A DNA stretch of 64,000 nucleotides from positions 1-64,000 of IMG/VR virus record IMGVR_UViG_3300021400_001327. One strand, 5' to 3'. How positions within the stretch are numbered: position 1 is the first letter of the stretch; every line of letters begins with the position of its first letter. A program made the position numbers and the translations under genes. Source of the stretch: a virus. Taxonomy: Duplodnaviria > Caudoviricetes. The notes under the pieces were generated by a model that saw nothing but the letters and a program-made list of their open reading frames with translations, did not search any database and was not told where the DNA came from. Below are positions 41,229 to 50,569 of this stretch, one piece after another.

Positions 41229-42374
41229 TTAGAAGATGCTGGCTTCTCCGTCGCTGCCATTGCTGACAGGGGCAAAGATGTCGAGCTCATCATGATTGTC
41301 GTCATGCTCATTTTTGCGGTTAGCGACGATGCTGACGCAGATTTTGTTCACGACGCTATTGATTTCGCAGTTCATGGGGTCGGCCTTGAACGCGTCAATC
41401 TCATCTTTCGCGTAAGCCTGCTCGGCTTCGCTATAGTCCTTCAGAGCACTCTCCAGTTCGGCAACGCGCTCTTTCTTCGCGTACTCCTCGACCTTCTGTT
41501 CGAGCTCCGCGATTTTGGCTTCCTGTGCAGTCGCCTCTTCTTTCAGCTGATTAACCTCGGCTTCCAGAGCAGCAACCTTTTCGTTCGCGGCGTTCAATTC
41601 CGCGTCCTTGGCTTCGATGCTCTCGTTCAGCTGATTGATCTCGTTCGTGTGATTTGCAGTATCATCAAGCACGGCATGCAATTCCGTCTTAATTTCATCA
41701 ACAAATCCACGGAGCTTGGTTTCATCCATGCTACCATCCTCCTTGTTGTTTAGTTCGAGTACATGACAAGACGTATCGGCTGGCGGTACAGCGCCAGACA
41801 GAATTGCATAGCCAGAGTACTCATATTGCATCGGGACGCGGCCTTCATCTTTATACCCGTCCTCGTACACAATCACATTGTTATTTTCCGGTGTGCCGAC
41901 GATCTCGACACTGCCCATCACGTTGCCGTTCGGGATTTCCTTCTTCAGGTAATCCACCAGCCCAGGGCAGCGATGTTCATACAGGACGCCCTCCGCCAGC
42001 AGTACCTTCGTGGGTGTACCGTCGATATCGACCGTCGTGATCTCGCCGCCGGTAATACTGCCGACAACCTCGGACGTTGTGCTGAACAAAGGCATCGGCT
42101 TGCCGTCGTAATCCTCTGTTTCGCCAAGATGTCCGTGTCCCGCGATCTCGGTCTCGTCAGCAGTCAGTCCTTTCTCAAGATACTCGACGACGATTTCCGA
42201 TGGCGCGAGCCGCTTCATGGCCTCGCGGACATATTCCTCTTTCCACGAGATGCCGTTGTACTGGAAGTCTTCCGGCGAGTCCATGATCCTGTGCAGTATC
42301 ATTTTGATGGGGCGCTTTCCGCCTCTCACCTGAGCTTCACTGAGTTCGTAGATTCTGGTTTTGATCTGTTCCAT
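41229..42374 (-). CDS. Prohead protease/scaffold
   Basis: N-terminal protease-like domain (GSVEIVG...YSGYAIL) plus an acidic coiled-coil C-terminus. Confidence 0.7.
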   Translation of the reverse strand: MEQIKTRIYELSEAQVRGGKRPIKMILHRIMDSPEDFQYNGISWKEEYVREAMKRLAPSEIVVEYLEKGLTADETEIAGHGHLGETEDYDGKPMPLFSTTSEVVGSITGGEITTVDIDGTPTKVLLAEGVLYEHRCPGLVDYLKKEIPNGNVMGSVEIVGTPENNNVIVYEDGYKDEGRVPMQYEYSGYAILSGAVPPADTSCHVLELNNKEDGSMDETKLRGFVDEIKTELHAVLDDTANHTNEINQLNESIEAKDAELNAANEKVAALEAEVNQLKEEATAQEAKIAELEQKVEEYAKKERVAELESALKDYSEAEQAYAKDEIDAFKADPMNCEINSVVNKICVSIVANRKNEHDDNHDELDIFAPVSNGSDGEASIF

Positions 42375-42388
42375 GCAGAATCACCTCC

Positions 42389-43951
42389 TCAGTCGCTTGG
42401 GCTCGGCAGCGCATTGCCGCCATTGGCGCGGGTCGTCAAAGTCTTCGGGTTGTGGGTGTCCTCGTCTATGGGACGGCCACCCCCATTGCCGCCATTGTCA
42501 GCGCCAAACGTAAATGACGTCTGATGCACAGGATACTTATGTTCGACATCGTTCTCGAGCTCTTCATCGAGCATATCGAAGAACGCGTCGGCGCCGATGC
42601 CGACAGCGGTCGCCCACATCGACAGCGAGCCCTTGCCGTTCAGGTACAGGTCCTTCGACATCTCAACAAACTGCTTACGGTTCGTATAAGTGATCGGCAG
42701 GTACCGGATATCCACACGGTATTTGCTGTCCTGTACAATGTTGGCGTTGATGACTTTATTGAGCTCCTCGACAATCATGTCGATGACCTCGAACACCTCT
42801 GCTGTAATCAGCTGAAGGTTGTTCTCCTGAGCGCTGAAAGACGACGTGCCCTCGCCTGTCAGCAGGCTTCCGGCAAAGCCAAGACCGAGGGAAATATTCT
42901 TCCTCAGGTTCTGGCTGTTGTCTTCGTCGAGGATGCTCACGTCTGGCTTTAACACATCCAGCTTTGTTCCAGCCGCCACAGAAAAGAATGTTGTGGCGCC
43001 GGTAGAGCCGTTCGTGCCCTTAATGGCGTCACGCACCGTATCGTGCTGTAGCTTCTGCTGCTTATCGGTCAGTGCGCTCTCGCCCTTGTTCTTTCCCTCG
43101 GGGTATGTCTCATAAATGATGCGTTTGTTGATCTCATCGATAGCCAGCCGCTTCGACCGTGTCATCAGCGCGTCATACAGGATATCGTCGATAGCCGCCA
43201 GTGCCAGCGGCCTGCCGTATGGCTCAGACTTCTTCGCCCTGAACTTGATGGCGACGGTCTTGCTCGTATCGAGCACGCGCCACTGTTTGCCGTGCCCGGA
43301 CCGCCATTGCGCATAAGCATCCCTGATTTCCTTTGGATACCGGCGTAGCTTCTCCTCGGCTGGTTCATTACCGCTCAGCAGGAAGTATTCCAGATTGAAC
43401 GACAGCACATATGACCCGTTCCGTATGCCAACGATGCGTGTGTAGTCGGGATCAAGGTAGATAACAGCGGCGTTCAGCAGCGTGTTCTGTTCGTTGATCT
43501 CGACGATGTTATTGACCTGCCAGTCGCTCAGCGTGGTCTCCGTGCTCAGCGGGCGCTTCCGCGTTTCAAAGTACGCGAAATACACGCCGTCGATCAGCGT
43601 ATTGAAAAGCGCATCGCGAACGAGCTCCTTGTCCCGCACGATACGCAGTACGTCCTTGACGAGATTTTTATATTTCTGTTTCTTGTTCTTGCTGTCACCG
43701 TGCGCCACAAGCACATGATTGAGCGTCGGCAATGCCGTACAATAGTCTATGACGTTAGTGACGACGCCGTTACAGGAGTACAGCGTCCTGCTGAGCTCTC
43801 TGATCTCGCGGTTGAAAGTCATCGGCTCTTTGACGATTTCCTGTATCTTATCGATATCATACAGATCGAGGATATTGCATCCATACACCGGACGCCATGA
43901 TACATTATCCCATCGGGAACTGGCTTCATAGCTTGGGCTTTCCTCAGCCAT
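42389..43951 (-). CDS. Portal protein
   Basis: 520 aa directly after the terminase; C-terminal GGRP motif. Confidence 0.8.
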   Translation of the reverse strand: MAEESPSYEASSRWDNVSWRPVYGCNILDLYDIDKIQEIVKEPMTFNREIRELSRTLYSCNGVVTNVIDYCTALPTLNHVLVAHGDSKNKKQKYKNLVKDVLRIVRDKELVRDALFNTLIDGVYFAYFETRKRPLSTETTLSDWQVNNIVEINEQNTLLNAAVIYLDPDYTRIVGIRNGSYVLSFNLEYFLLSGNEPAEEKLRRYPKEIRDAYAQWRSGHGKQWRVLDTSKTVAIKFRAKKSEPYGRPLALAAIDDILYDALMTRSKRLAIDEINKRIIYETYPEGKNKGESALTDKQQKLQHDTVRDAIKGTNGSTGATTFFSVAAGTKLDVLKPDVSILDEDNSQNLRKNISLGLGFAGSLLTGEGTSSFSAQENNLQLITAEVFEVIDMIVEELNKVINANIVQDSKYRVDIRYLPITYTNRKQFVEMSKDLYLNGKGSLSMWATAVGIGADAFFDMLDEELENDVEHKYPVHQTSFTFGADNGGNGGGRPIDEDTHNPKTLTTRANGGNALPSPSD

Positions 43952-43965
43952 CGGCGCTCACCTCC

Positions 43966-45795
43966 TTAATTGACATATACATGGTATTCATACTGACTTG
44001 ATGTAGACAGAAAGTCGTGCTCAAGCAGGGATGCAAAGTAAACGCCATAGCTGACAGACGTGTATCTGTCCTTGGTGTTGTTCCCTTGCTCCGATATCCT
44101 GATGATACCGGTGTCCGGCATTCTGTCATAAGTCAGACTGATCATTTCATTGATAAGGGCTCGCGTCTCGATGAACGGTCCCTCATAGAACATCTGTGTA
44201 TCGAGGTCAATGGCGTCAGCGTATCCCTTGACCTTCGGTAATATATCGTCGACCGCTACGTCGTACTGAGCCAGCAGGTGCATCCTGTGCTCGACGAACT
44301 CACGCCGCGTGACCTGCGCAATCTCACTGTTGATCCTTGATGAGGCGTTGACGGCAAACAACACCTCCATCGCGCCCTCAACGCGGACACGATTGGCTGT
44401 GTTCTCGTCATTCATGCATTTGAAGGCAGGCATCTCGGTCTGTGAGCTCTCATCATAGGTCGGTCTGGCCAGCATGTCGTATACTGCCACGCCGCCGTTC
44501 CGCATATCCAGCACCACATAGTCACAGCCTGTATCAAAGAAGACAGTCTTGATCCTTTTGGCTTGCTCCATCGTGTCGCCGCCATGAATGTGCTCCATAT
44601 AGACGACATGCTTCTGATATGCCATACTCCCGTTCTCGAAGTATTCCGGTAATAGCCTGATAACAGAAAACACAGAGTTGTCGTTGTTCTTCTTGTCGAC
44701 GAACGCCATATCACACGACAGAATCCTGATCTCGCCGTCCTGATGCTTCAGCGTCTCGCCTCTCTTAATCTGGTTGTAGCTGTCCTTGCGCGGGTAGATG
44801 GGCGGCTGCTGTATCGTCTGCGCCGCCGCGAGCATCTCATAGTCGAAGTAGGCGTTCTCGTTCTCGCCGACCATGATATTTTCGCTCTCGATTAACCAGG
44901 TGGTCGGGTCGTCCCTGCGCTTGTCCTTAATCAGCTGATTCCGTGTTTTGATTTTATGGTACAGTGTGATGACGTAATCGAACGCCAGCAACGAGTACCG
45001 CATGTTTCCATGCGCTACCTGCTGGGCGGTATCCCTGATTGTCTTCCACATCCAGTGCGATCTGTACCACGCGGACGATATATAGATGGTCTTGCTCTCT
45101 TCTGGCTCGATGTCCTTATACTCTGGAAGGTCCTTGTACGGCGCGTTGCGCACATGCTGGAATTTACTCAAGACAGAGTCGATGATGAACTTTTTGATCA
45201 TGCGGCACTCTTCCAGTATCAGGATAGTCGAGCGGTAGCCACGGGCGTTATCGTTGCCGACGACGACTACAATAGAGCTCTCGTTTCTGAACAGCACCTC
45301 GATATCGTCGCCCCGCGTCTTGATCGATTTGATTTCAGCGCGGAGGTTAGGCGATACCGGCATAAGCTCCTTCTCTATCTTTTCAGACACGATGAGCTTC
45401 GCCTGCTTCAGCGTGCCAGATGCGATAACGATTTGGCTCTTCGGTCTGAGGATGGCTTCGCAACAGGCGAAGATAGCCAGTACATAAGACTTGGATGTGG
45501 CGCGGGCGGCAATACACATTGACTCGTCCGCGTTGCCGAGCTCGTACAGCATCATCCGCTGGTATGGGTACAGCTTGAGCCCGAGGTAGTGTTCAGCGAA
45601 CCGGTGGATATTATGCCGGTAGAAGTCACACCAATCGATCAGAGCGTTGACGTGCTCCTGATCGCTCAGCCACCCGTCCTCGAAACGCTCAGCCAAAGCC
45701 CTCTGGTTTTTATCGAGCAATCGTTCGTTAGCCATCGTCGTCGCCTCCGATGCTATCGAACGCCGCCGCCTCCTCGTCGGTGATAGAGAGCTCAT
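43966..45795 (-). CDS. terL: Terminase large subunit (likely start ~45736)
   Basis: LKLYPYQ, AARATSKS (Walker A variant), ARGYRSTILILEE (Walker B), YISSAW, ILSCDMA and KDRYTS nuclease motifs. Confidence 0.9.
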   Translation of the reverse strand: MSSLSPTRRRRRSIASEATTMANERLLDKNQRALAERFEDGWLSDQEHVNALIDWCDFYRHNIHRFAEHYLGLKLYPYQRMMLYELGNADESMCIAARATSKSYVLAIFACCEAILRPKSQIVIASGTLKQAKLIVSEKIEKELMPVSPNLRAEIKSIKTRGDDIEVLFRNESSIVVVVGNDNARGYRSTILILEECRMIKKFIIDSVLSKFQHVRNAPYKDLPEYKDIEPEESKTIYISSAWYRSHWMWKTIRDTAQQVAHGNMRYSLLAFDYVITLYHKIKTRNQLIKDKRRDDPTTWLIESENIMVGENENAYFDYEMLAAAQTIQQPPIYPRKDSYNQIKRGETLKHQDGEIRILSCDMAFVDKKNNDNSVFSVIRLLPEYFENGSMAYQKHVVYMEHIHGGDTMEQAKRIKTVFFDTGCDYVVLDMRNGGVAVYDMLARPTYDESSQTEMPAFKCMNDENTANRVRVEGAMEVLFAVNASSRINSEIAQVTRREFVEHRMHLLAQYDVAVDDILPKVKGYADAIDLDTQMFYEGPFIETRALINEMISLTYDRMPDTGIIRISEQGNNTKDRYTSVSYGVYFASLLEHDFLSTSSQYEYHVYVN

Positions 45796-46768
45796 CGTCC
45801 ACCTTCTGAGACGCCCTATTCAGCAGGTTCATCGTCGGGCGCCGCACGAAGCGGTCATAGTACGTTCCCTGCTTATCGACGTCCTTGTACGGCGTGTTCT
45901 TAACATACTGGGCTGGCGTATATTTCTCGATATATCCCAACAGTACACCGATCGGCGGGACGTCGTTGTCGTCCTTGGGGTTAACGACAGAGTCGAAGCC
46001 GCTCTCGGCGATAGACTTTCGCAGGGCGGAAGACAGCGCCGAAGCATTGGGCTTGTCATTCTTGATAGCCTCCATGCATCGGTATTCAAGTGCGGCCAGA
46101 AAGCGGGCGCTCTTCAACTGACCAGCGGTGGCCGTATCACCCAATGGGTCGATATAGCCACGGTAGATTCTGTACATATAGCCGTACGCCTTTTCCTCAA
46201 AGCCCTCGCCAAAAATATTGACAGCCCTGCTGAGGTCGTCCGTCGATAAACCGGCGTCGGCCAAAGTGACGACATTTCCGCCCCCAGAATACACACGGTC
46301 GCCCTCATCCTGAAGTGTGTCGTCAAAAGATTTATTGATAGAGGATACACTCATCCGAATACGGTGAAGGTATTCCTCCATCCCTTGTTTTTCCGGCAAT
46401 ATGCGGTCCATGATTTTCGGATCATAATACGCGTCGATCCACTCACAGGTTCGACGAACAGCCTTCTGCATATCACCAGAATACATCTCCATGTGGTCGT
46501 TGAAGAATTTTTCGATGCAGTCCATACACACGGCTGTGTAACTGTAATTGCCCGCGTATGTGCTCGATCCAACCTGCGGGAAATATGTCCTCTGCATGGG
46601 ATATGTTTTCCCGCACATCGGACATTTGGTCGGCACATCAGGGACTTTAGGTTTCTCTCGTGGCGGCGGAGACTTGTCTTTGTTCGCCGCCGCGCCTTGT
46701 CCCTTGTTGCGCGTCCTTTTCTCCTTCACGATCACCTGTTCTTTGATTACAACTGGTATCGCTGGCAT
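45728..46768 (-). CDS. Putative terminase small subunit / Zn-finger protein
   Basis: CPMC...VCMDC; immediately upstream of TerL. Confidence 0.5.
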   Translation of the reverse strand: MPAIPVVIKEQVIVKEKRTRNKGQGAAANKDKSPPPREKPKVPDVPTKCPMCGKTYPMQRTYFPQVGSSTYAGNYSYTAVCMDCIEKFFNDHMEMYSGDMQKAVRRTCEWIDAYYDPKIMDRILPEKQGMEEYLHRIRMSVSSINKSFDDTLQDEGDRVYSGGGNVVTLADAGLSTDDLSRAVNIFGEGFEEKAYGYMYRIYRGYIDPLGDTATAGQLKSARFLAALEYRCMEAIKNDKPNASALSSALRKSIAESGFDSVVNPKDDNDVPPIGVLLGYIEKYTPAQYVKNTPYKDVDKQGTYYDRFVRRPTMNLLNRASQKVDDELSITDEEAAAFDSIGGDDDG

Positions 46769-46796
46769 CTTTCAACATTCCTTTATTCCCAAAAAT

Positions 46797-46829
46797 ACAA
46801 AAACCCCGTGGGCGCAAAGACCCACGGGA
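46797..46829 (-). terminator. Intrinsic terminator within the late cluster
   Basis: CCCGTGGG-loop-CCCACGGG-GTTTTT on the minus strand. Confidence 0.6.
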
Positions 46830-46916
46830 CCCACTACAATCGCATTAAGGCAGCGAAACGCCATATGTTACGGCTCGCTGGCATAAGCCACCAACAGCGG
46901 CGCAGCCTGTAACTTC

Positions 46917-48173
46917 TTAGTCATCGTCTTCTTCCTCCGCGTACTCGTTGTGATCGAGCGTCACATTATATATACACTCCACTGTCCGACGGTTCGACGT
47001 GATGACCACCGTCTGCTCCACCGGCGCGAACAGACGCTTGTTGAAAGCGTAGCTGTCGGCGCCAGACAGGCATCCACACTGAATCACTCTCGTCTTTCCG
47101 ATAGTGTTATAAGCGCTGTGGTGCATATGCCCCATCAGGATAATATCGGGGATGCGTCCGTAAATCTGCGTCATGTTTCCGGCGACCTTATCCATGCTGT
47201 CGAGGTCACCATGCACGATGACCACGTCACGTCCGGCCTTCGTTTTGAATAGCTGGTTATAATGGTACGATGCGTCACCGCTCGGCATAACCAGTATACG
47301 GCTGTTGCTCGCAGTCGCGGCCTCCAGATAAAACGGGATCAGGTCATCAAGGTTGTCGCCAGGGATATTATCCTCTTTGTTCGAGTTGACCCTGCTGTGG
47401 TTGCCGCTGACGCTATAGATGTAGATTTGCCCGAAGACGCCGCTCAGTTGATAGAGAAACCAGCTGATCTCGCGGCATACGAACTTGATTTGCTGGACAG
47501 TGTTCATGTTGTTCGTAGCGGTGATTGAGGCATGGATACTGCCACTGATCTGGTCGCCCAGAAGGCAGAGATGACATACACCAATATGATGCCGCTCCTG
47601 TATCTCCTTGAGATTTTCGAGATACTCGGCCAGCCTGTTATGCAGTACACTGTGGTCATAGTCATTCATCAGATTGCTGGCCGTAACGCCGACATGCATG
47701 TCAGACAGACACACGATAGCTTCACAGTCCGTGTCGCCCTTATGTTTCGGCTCCATGACCTTTACAGGACACTGCTCTACCAGCACGTCTCTGAGCGCGT
47801 CCATGAATGACTCCTTGCGGGCTTCCTCGCGAAGCTGGCGGTTGAACTGGTTGCGCTCGTCTCTGAGGCGGGTGCGCTCCTTATACAGTTCCTGTTTTGC
47901 CTCGCGAAGCTCCCGGACGAGCTCATCCTCCCCTTTGTTGGCGAAGACCTCGTTATAGTATGTCATCGCCTGAGTATATGGTTTCCGGTACGTTGCGCTG
48001 TCGAAATGACAGCCAAGCTGGTCGTTCAGGACATCTGTGAGCTCATCCCATGTCATGTCGAGTTCGCCGTGGTCCTTCATGGTGGCCAGCCTGTAGATAT
48101 ATTGTATCCGGCTTTCCTCATCTCTTTTCTTCAATTCCTGTTCCAATCTCATCGCTCCTCGAATATATATCAT
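46917..48173 (-). CDS. Calcineurin-like metallophosphoesterase (YonJ-like)
   Basis: LSDMHVG, LGDQISG, SGNHSR, VHGD, MGHMHH. Confidence 0.85.
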   Translation of the reverse strand: MIYIRGAMRLEQELKKRDEESRIQYIYRLATMKDHGELDMTWDELTDVLNDQLGCHFDSATYRKPYTQAMTYYNEVFANKGEDELVRELREAKQELYKERTRLRDERNQFNRQLREEARKESFMDALRDVLVEQCPVKVMEPKHKGDTDCEAIVCLSDMHVGVTASNLMNDYDHSVLHNRLAEYLENLKEIQERHHIGVCHLCLLGDQISGSIHASITATNNMNTVQQIKFVCREISWFLYQLSGVFGQIYIYSVSGNHSRVNSNKEDNIPGDNLDDLIPFYLEAATASNSRILVMPSGDASYHYNQLFKTKAGRDVVIVHGDLDSMDKVAGNMTQIYGRIPDIILMGHMHHSAYNTIGKTRVIQCGCLSGADSYAFNKRLFAPVEQTVVITSNRRTVECIYNVTLDHNEYAEEEDDD

Positions 48174-48903
48174 CAGCCCACTCGGCGACCTGGCCGCGCC
48201 GCGACTTGGTCAACTGTGTATAATCACACAGGTCTGGCCGCTTCATAAAATGCTCTATATATGGCACAAAACCGCTGAGACGTTTGTTTGGCAGGTCGAT
48301 TTGCTCGCGATGGCCGATGACCACCACAAGGCTATTGTCGAACACACGCGTCAGCAAAAGCCGCATTTCGTCTACCGTGGCGTTCTGCGCCTCGTCGATG
48401 ATAACGATGGCCCTGTTGTCCGGGTCATTACTGCCGAGGTTGCACCCACGCATATACATCTGCCCACTACAATAGATAGGGTTGTCGATGGCTGTCTCTT
48501 CGTCGATGTCGCCATAGCATATCTTCCTGTCGGGGCTGAGACCGGCAGTGATAAGCGCTTGCTCCACAGGGATGAAGTACGGCTTCGTCTTCTCCAGAAG
48601 ACCCGGCCTGTATCCTACCTTTGATTCAGCAGAGCCGCCCATTGCGCGGATGTAATAGGTTTTGTTGGCAAGTCCGTAGTCCATAGCGATCACAGCCAGC
48701 AGTACTGCCAGCGTAGTCTTACCAGACCCGCTCTTGCCTTCAACAAAAACCACCTTCCCGTTTTTGGCGCCCCGCCACATCAGATCAACATAGTGGCGCT
48801 GCTCATCGTTCATGCTCTTTGCGAGCCCGAAGAATGGTGAGTCCTCGAGCGTTTCCGGCGGTGCCTCGCGTTCTGCGGGACGTGTACTCTTTCTTGTTGC
48901 CAA
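48118..48903 (-). CDS. phoH: PhoH-family ATPase
   Basis: GKSGSGKT, YMRGCNL, IIDEAQN, LLTRV...VVVIGH..QID. Confidence 0.88.
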   Translation of the reverse strand: MATRKSTRPAEREAPPETLEDSPFFGLAKSMNDEQRHYVDLMWRGAKNGKVVFVEGKSGSGKTTLAVLLAVIAMDYGLANKTYYIRAMGGSAESKVGYRPGLLEKTKPYFIPVEQALITAGLSPDRKICYGDIDEETAIDNPIYCSGQMYMRGCNLGSNDPDNRAIVIIDEAQNATVDEMRLLLTRVFDNSLVVVIGHREQIDLPNKRLSGFVPYIEHFMKRPDLCDYTQLTKSRRGQVAEWADDIYSRSDEIGTGIEEKR

Positions 48904-48930
48904 GCGGTCTCCACATCCTTTCGTAAAAGA

Positions 48931-49626
48931 TCAGAAGATAATATCTTCAACCTTTGTGATGATGGCATCAGCAATACCGCAGTCAACGGCCTCAGCAGAA
49001 CTCATATATGTATCTGTCTGCATAAACCGTTCCACATTAACACGCGGTATCTTCGTGCGGTCAACAACCATATCAACCATATCGACGACCTGCATATCCC
49101 ACTGCTTCATGCTGTTATGCGCAGACCTGTGGTCCATACTCATGCCATCCACAGACCCGCGATGCATCATGAACCAGCTATGCTTCGTCGCGAAGCGCTT
49201 GTGGCAGGCCAGATAGATAAAGAACGCCGCGCTGTAAGCGATACCGAAGTTGATACCATAGACAGGCGTGGTGCTCATTTGAATGGCGTCATACAACTGC
49301 ATACAGGCATCGAGCTCTCCGCCGTGTGAGTTGATCATGATACAGATAGGCAGGCGCTTGTCCACCGGCGTTTCTGTGTCATCACGATTCCACTGGATGA
49401 TGCGCCGCACGATTTTCGTGGCGCCCTCTACATCGATATCGTCGTCGATCCACACGATACGGTTCATGTCGTCCTGCATGGCTTGCAACTCATCAGGTCC
49501 CGGCACTGAGCCAAGATTGCCATCGCAGTCACAATCGTCGAGTACGATCCCCATCTCTTTGGCTTGTTCCTCAGTGATATACTGAATGTTTTCCTCACTT
49601 TTCATACTGCCGCTTCTCCTTCTCAA
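48931..49626 (-). CDS. clpP: ClpP-family protease
   Basis: INSHGG, AYSAA (Ser), MMHRG (His), TDTYMSSAEAV..GIAD. Confidence 0.85.
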   Translation of the reverse strand: MRRRSGSMKSEENIQYITEEQAKEMGIVLDDCDCDGNLGSVPGPDELQAMQDDMNRIVWIDDDIDVEGATKIVRRIIQWNRDDTETPVDKRLPICIMINSHGGELDACMQLYDAIQMSTTPVYGINFGIAYSAAFFIYLACHKRFATKHSWFMMHRGSVDGMSMDHRSAHNSMKQWDMQVVDMVDMVVDRTKIPRVNVERFMQTDTYMSSAEAVDCGIADAIITKVEDIIF

Positions 49627-49771
49627 AATTCTTCAGCGCGTTCAGCACCTTCATGCTCTCCTCCACATAATACCTGTGGCGTTGGCTATGGGCTTTCATC
49701 GTTCTGACAATGTTGAGATTGGGGAATCGACCTCTCAAATATTCCGCTTCTTCTTTGCCGATAAGTACCAT
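49595..49771 (-). CDS. Small hypothetical protein (MVLIGKEEAEYLR...RYYVEE)
   Basis: Internal ATG preceded by an AAGGAG RBS. Confidence 0.6.
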   Translation of the reverse strand: MVLIGKEEAEYLRGRFPNLNIVRTMKAHSQRHRYYVEESMKVLNALKNFEKEKRQYEK

Positions 49772-49798
49772 ACAAAGAACTCCTTCACGTAAATTCCC

Positions 49799-49864
49799 GA
49801 TACAGATCGGGTGATACAACTATGATGATACAAGTTGGCCGATACATAATTATATATCATAGTT
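49799..49864. promoter_or_regulatory. Phased GATACA x4 array upstream of the late operon
   Basis: GATACA at 49799, 49813, 49827 and 49841 (exact 14-bp period), plus the inverted pair AACTATGAT/ATCATAGTT. Confidence 0.55.
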
Positions 49865-49882
49865 TCCTATAACACGACGAAA

Positions 49883-50569
49883 TCAGCGAGAACCAAGACG
49901 CAGAGCCGCATACAGCGCCTCGATGTCGTTGTCGATAAGTTCGTGCTCTCCTGTATTTTTATATGGCACAAGCAGTTTGAAGCATGACACAGAGCGGCGA
50001 TATTTTGAGAAACGACCAGCGGCCTTGCCTTTGTCTGTATCTACCTTTGCGATGTATTGCCACTCGCACAGGCGGCGGATATTGCGCCCGCGAACGTTGG
50101 CGCCTTTCATATCCAGCCAATTAGCCAGTTGCTCGGTTGACGCCTGAAACACCCCACGCCTGTCAGCGAACGCCTTTGCATTGCACAACAGGGCAAGCGC
50201 CACCTTCCTGTCTGTCTCTGTCGGCGCATGGTCCACGATATTCTGGGCGTCTGTCTCTGATACGAACACACGACAGCCACTGTGAAGCTCGGCTTCATTG
50301 ATGTACGCAGCGTTGACGCACTGAAGGAGATTCAGCCCGTTCGTCTTGTGGCCATTCAGCCAATCACGAATAAAGGAGACGGCGTCCACTGGGGACTCGC
50401 CGTCTGCCTTCATCAGCTTGGATATCATATAACATGCCCGATACAGCCGACTCTGCTCCTCTGGCGGCTGTCCAGACATATACTTCTTAACTTCCGCGAC
50501 CTCGTCAATCATCGTCATCCTCCAGAAAATCAAAGATGCCCGGTTCAAGCGAGATGTCCATCTCGTCAC
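49883..50569 (-). CDS. Hypothetical protein with a possible winged-helix domain (likely start ~50512-50518)
   Basis: STEQLANWLDMKGANVRGRNIRRLCEWQYI resembles a wHTH; lies directly after the RNAP gene. Confidence 0.5.
   Translation of the reverse strand: MTRWTSRLNRASLIFWRMTMIDEVAEVKKYMSGQPPEEQSRLYRACYMISKLMKADGESPVDAVSFIRDWLNGHKTNGLNLLQCVNAAYINEAELHSGCRVFVSETDAQNIVDHAPTETDRKVALALLCNAKAFADRRGVFQASTEQLANWLDMKGANVRGRNIRRLCEWQYIAKVDTDKGKAAGRFSKYRRSVSCFKLLVPYKNTGEHELIDNDIEALYAALRLGSR

Noticed and set aside
40212-41753. 513-aa + strand ORF
   Set aside because: Antisense shadow across the capsid, decoration and scaffold genes.
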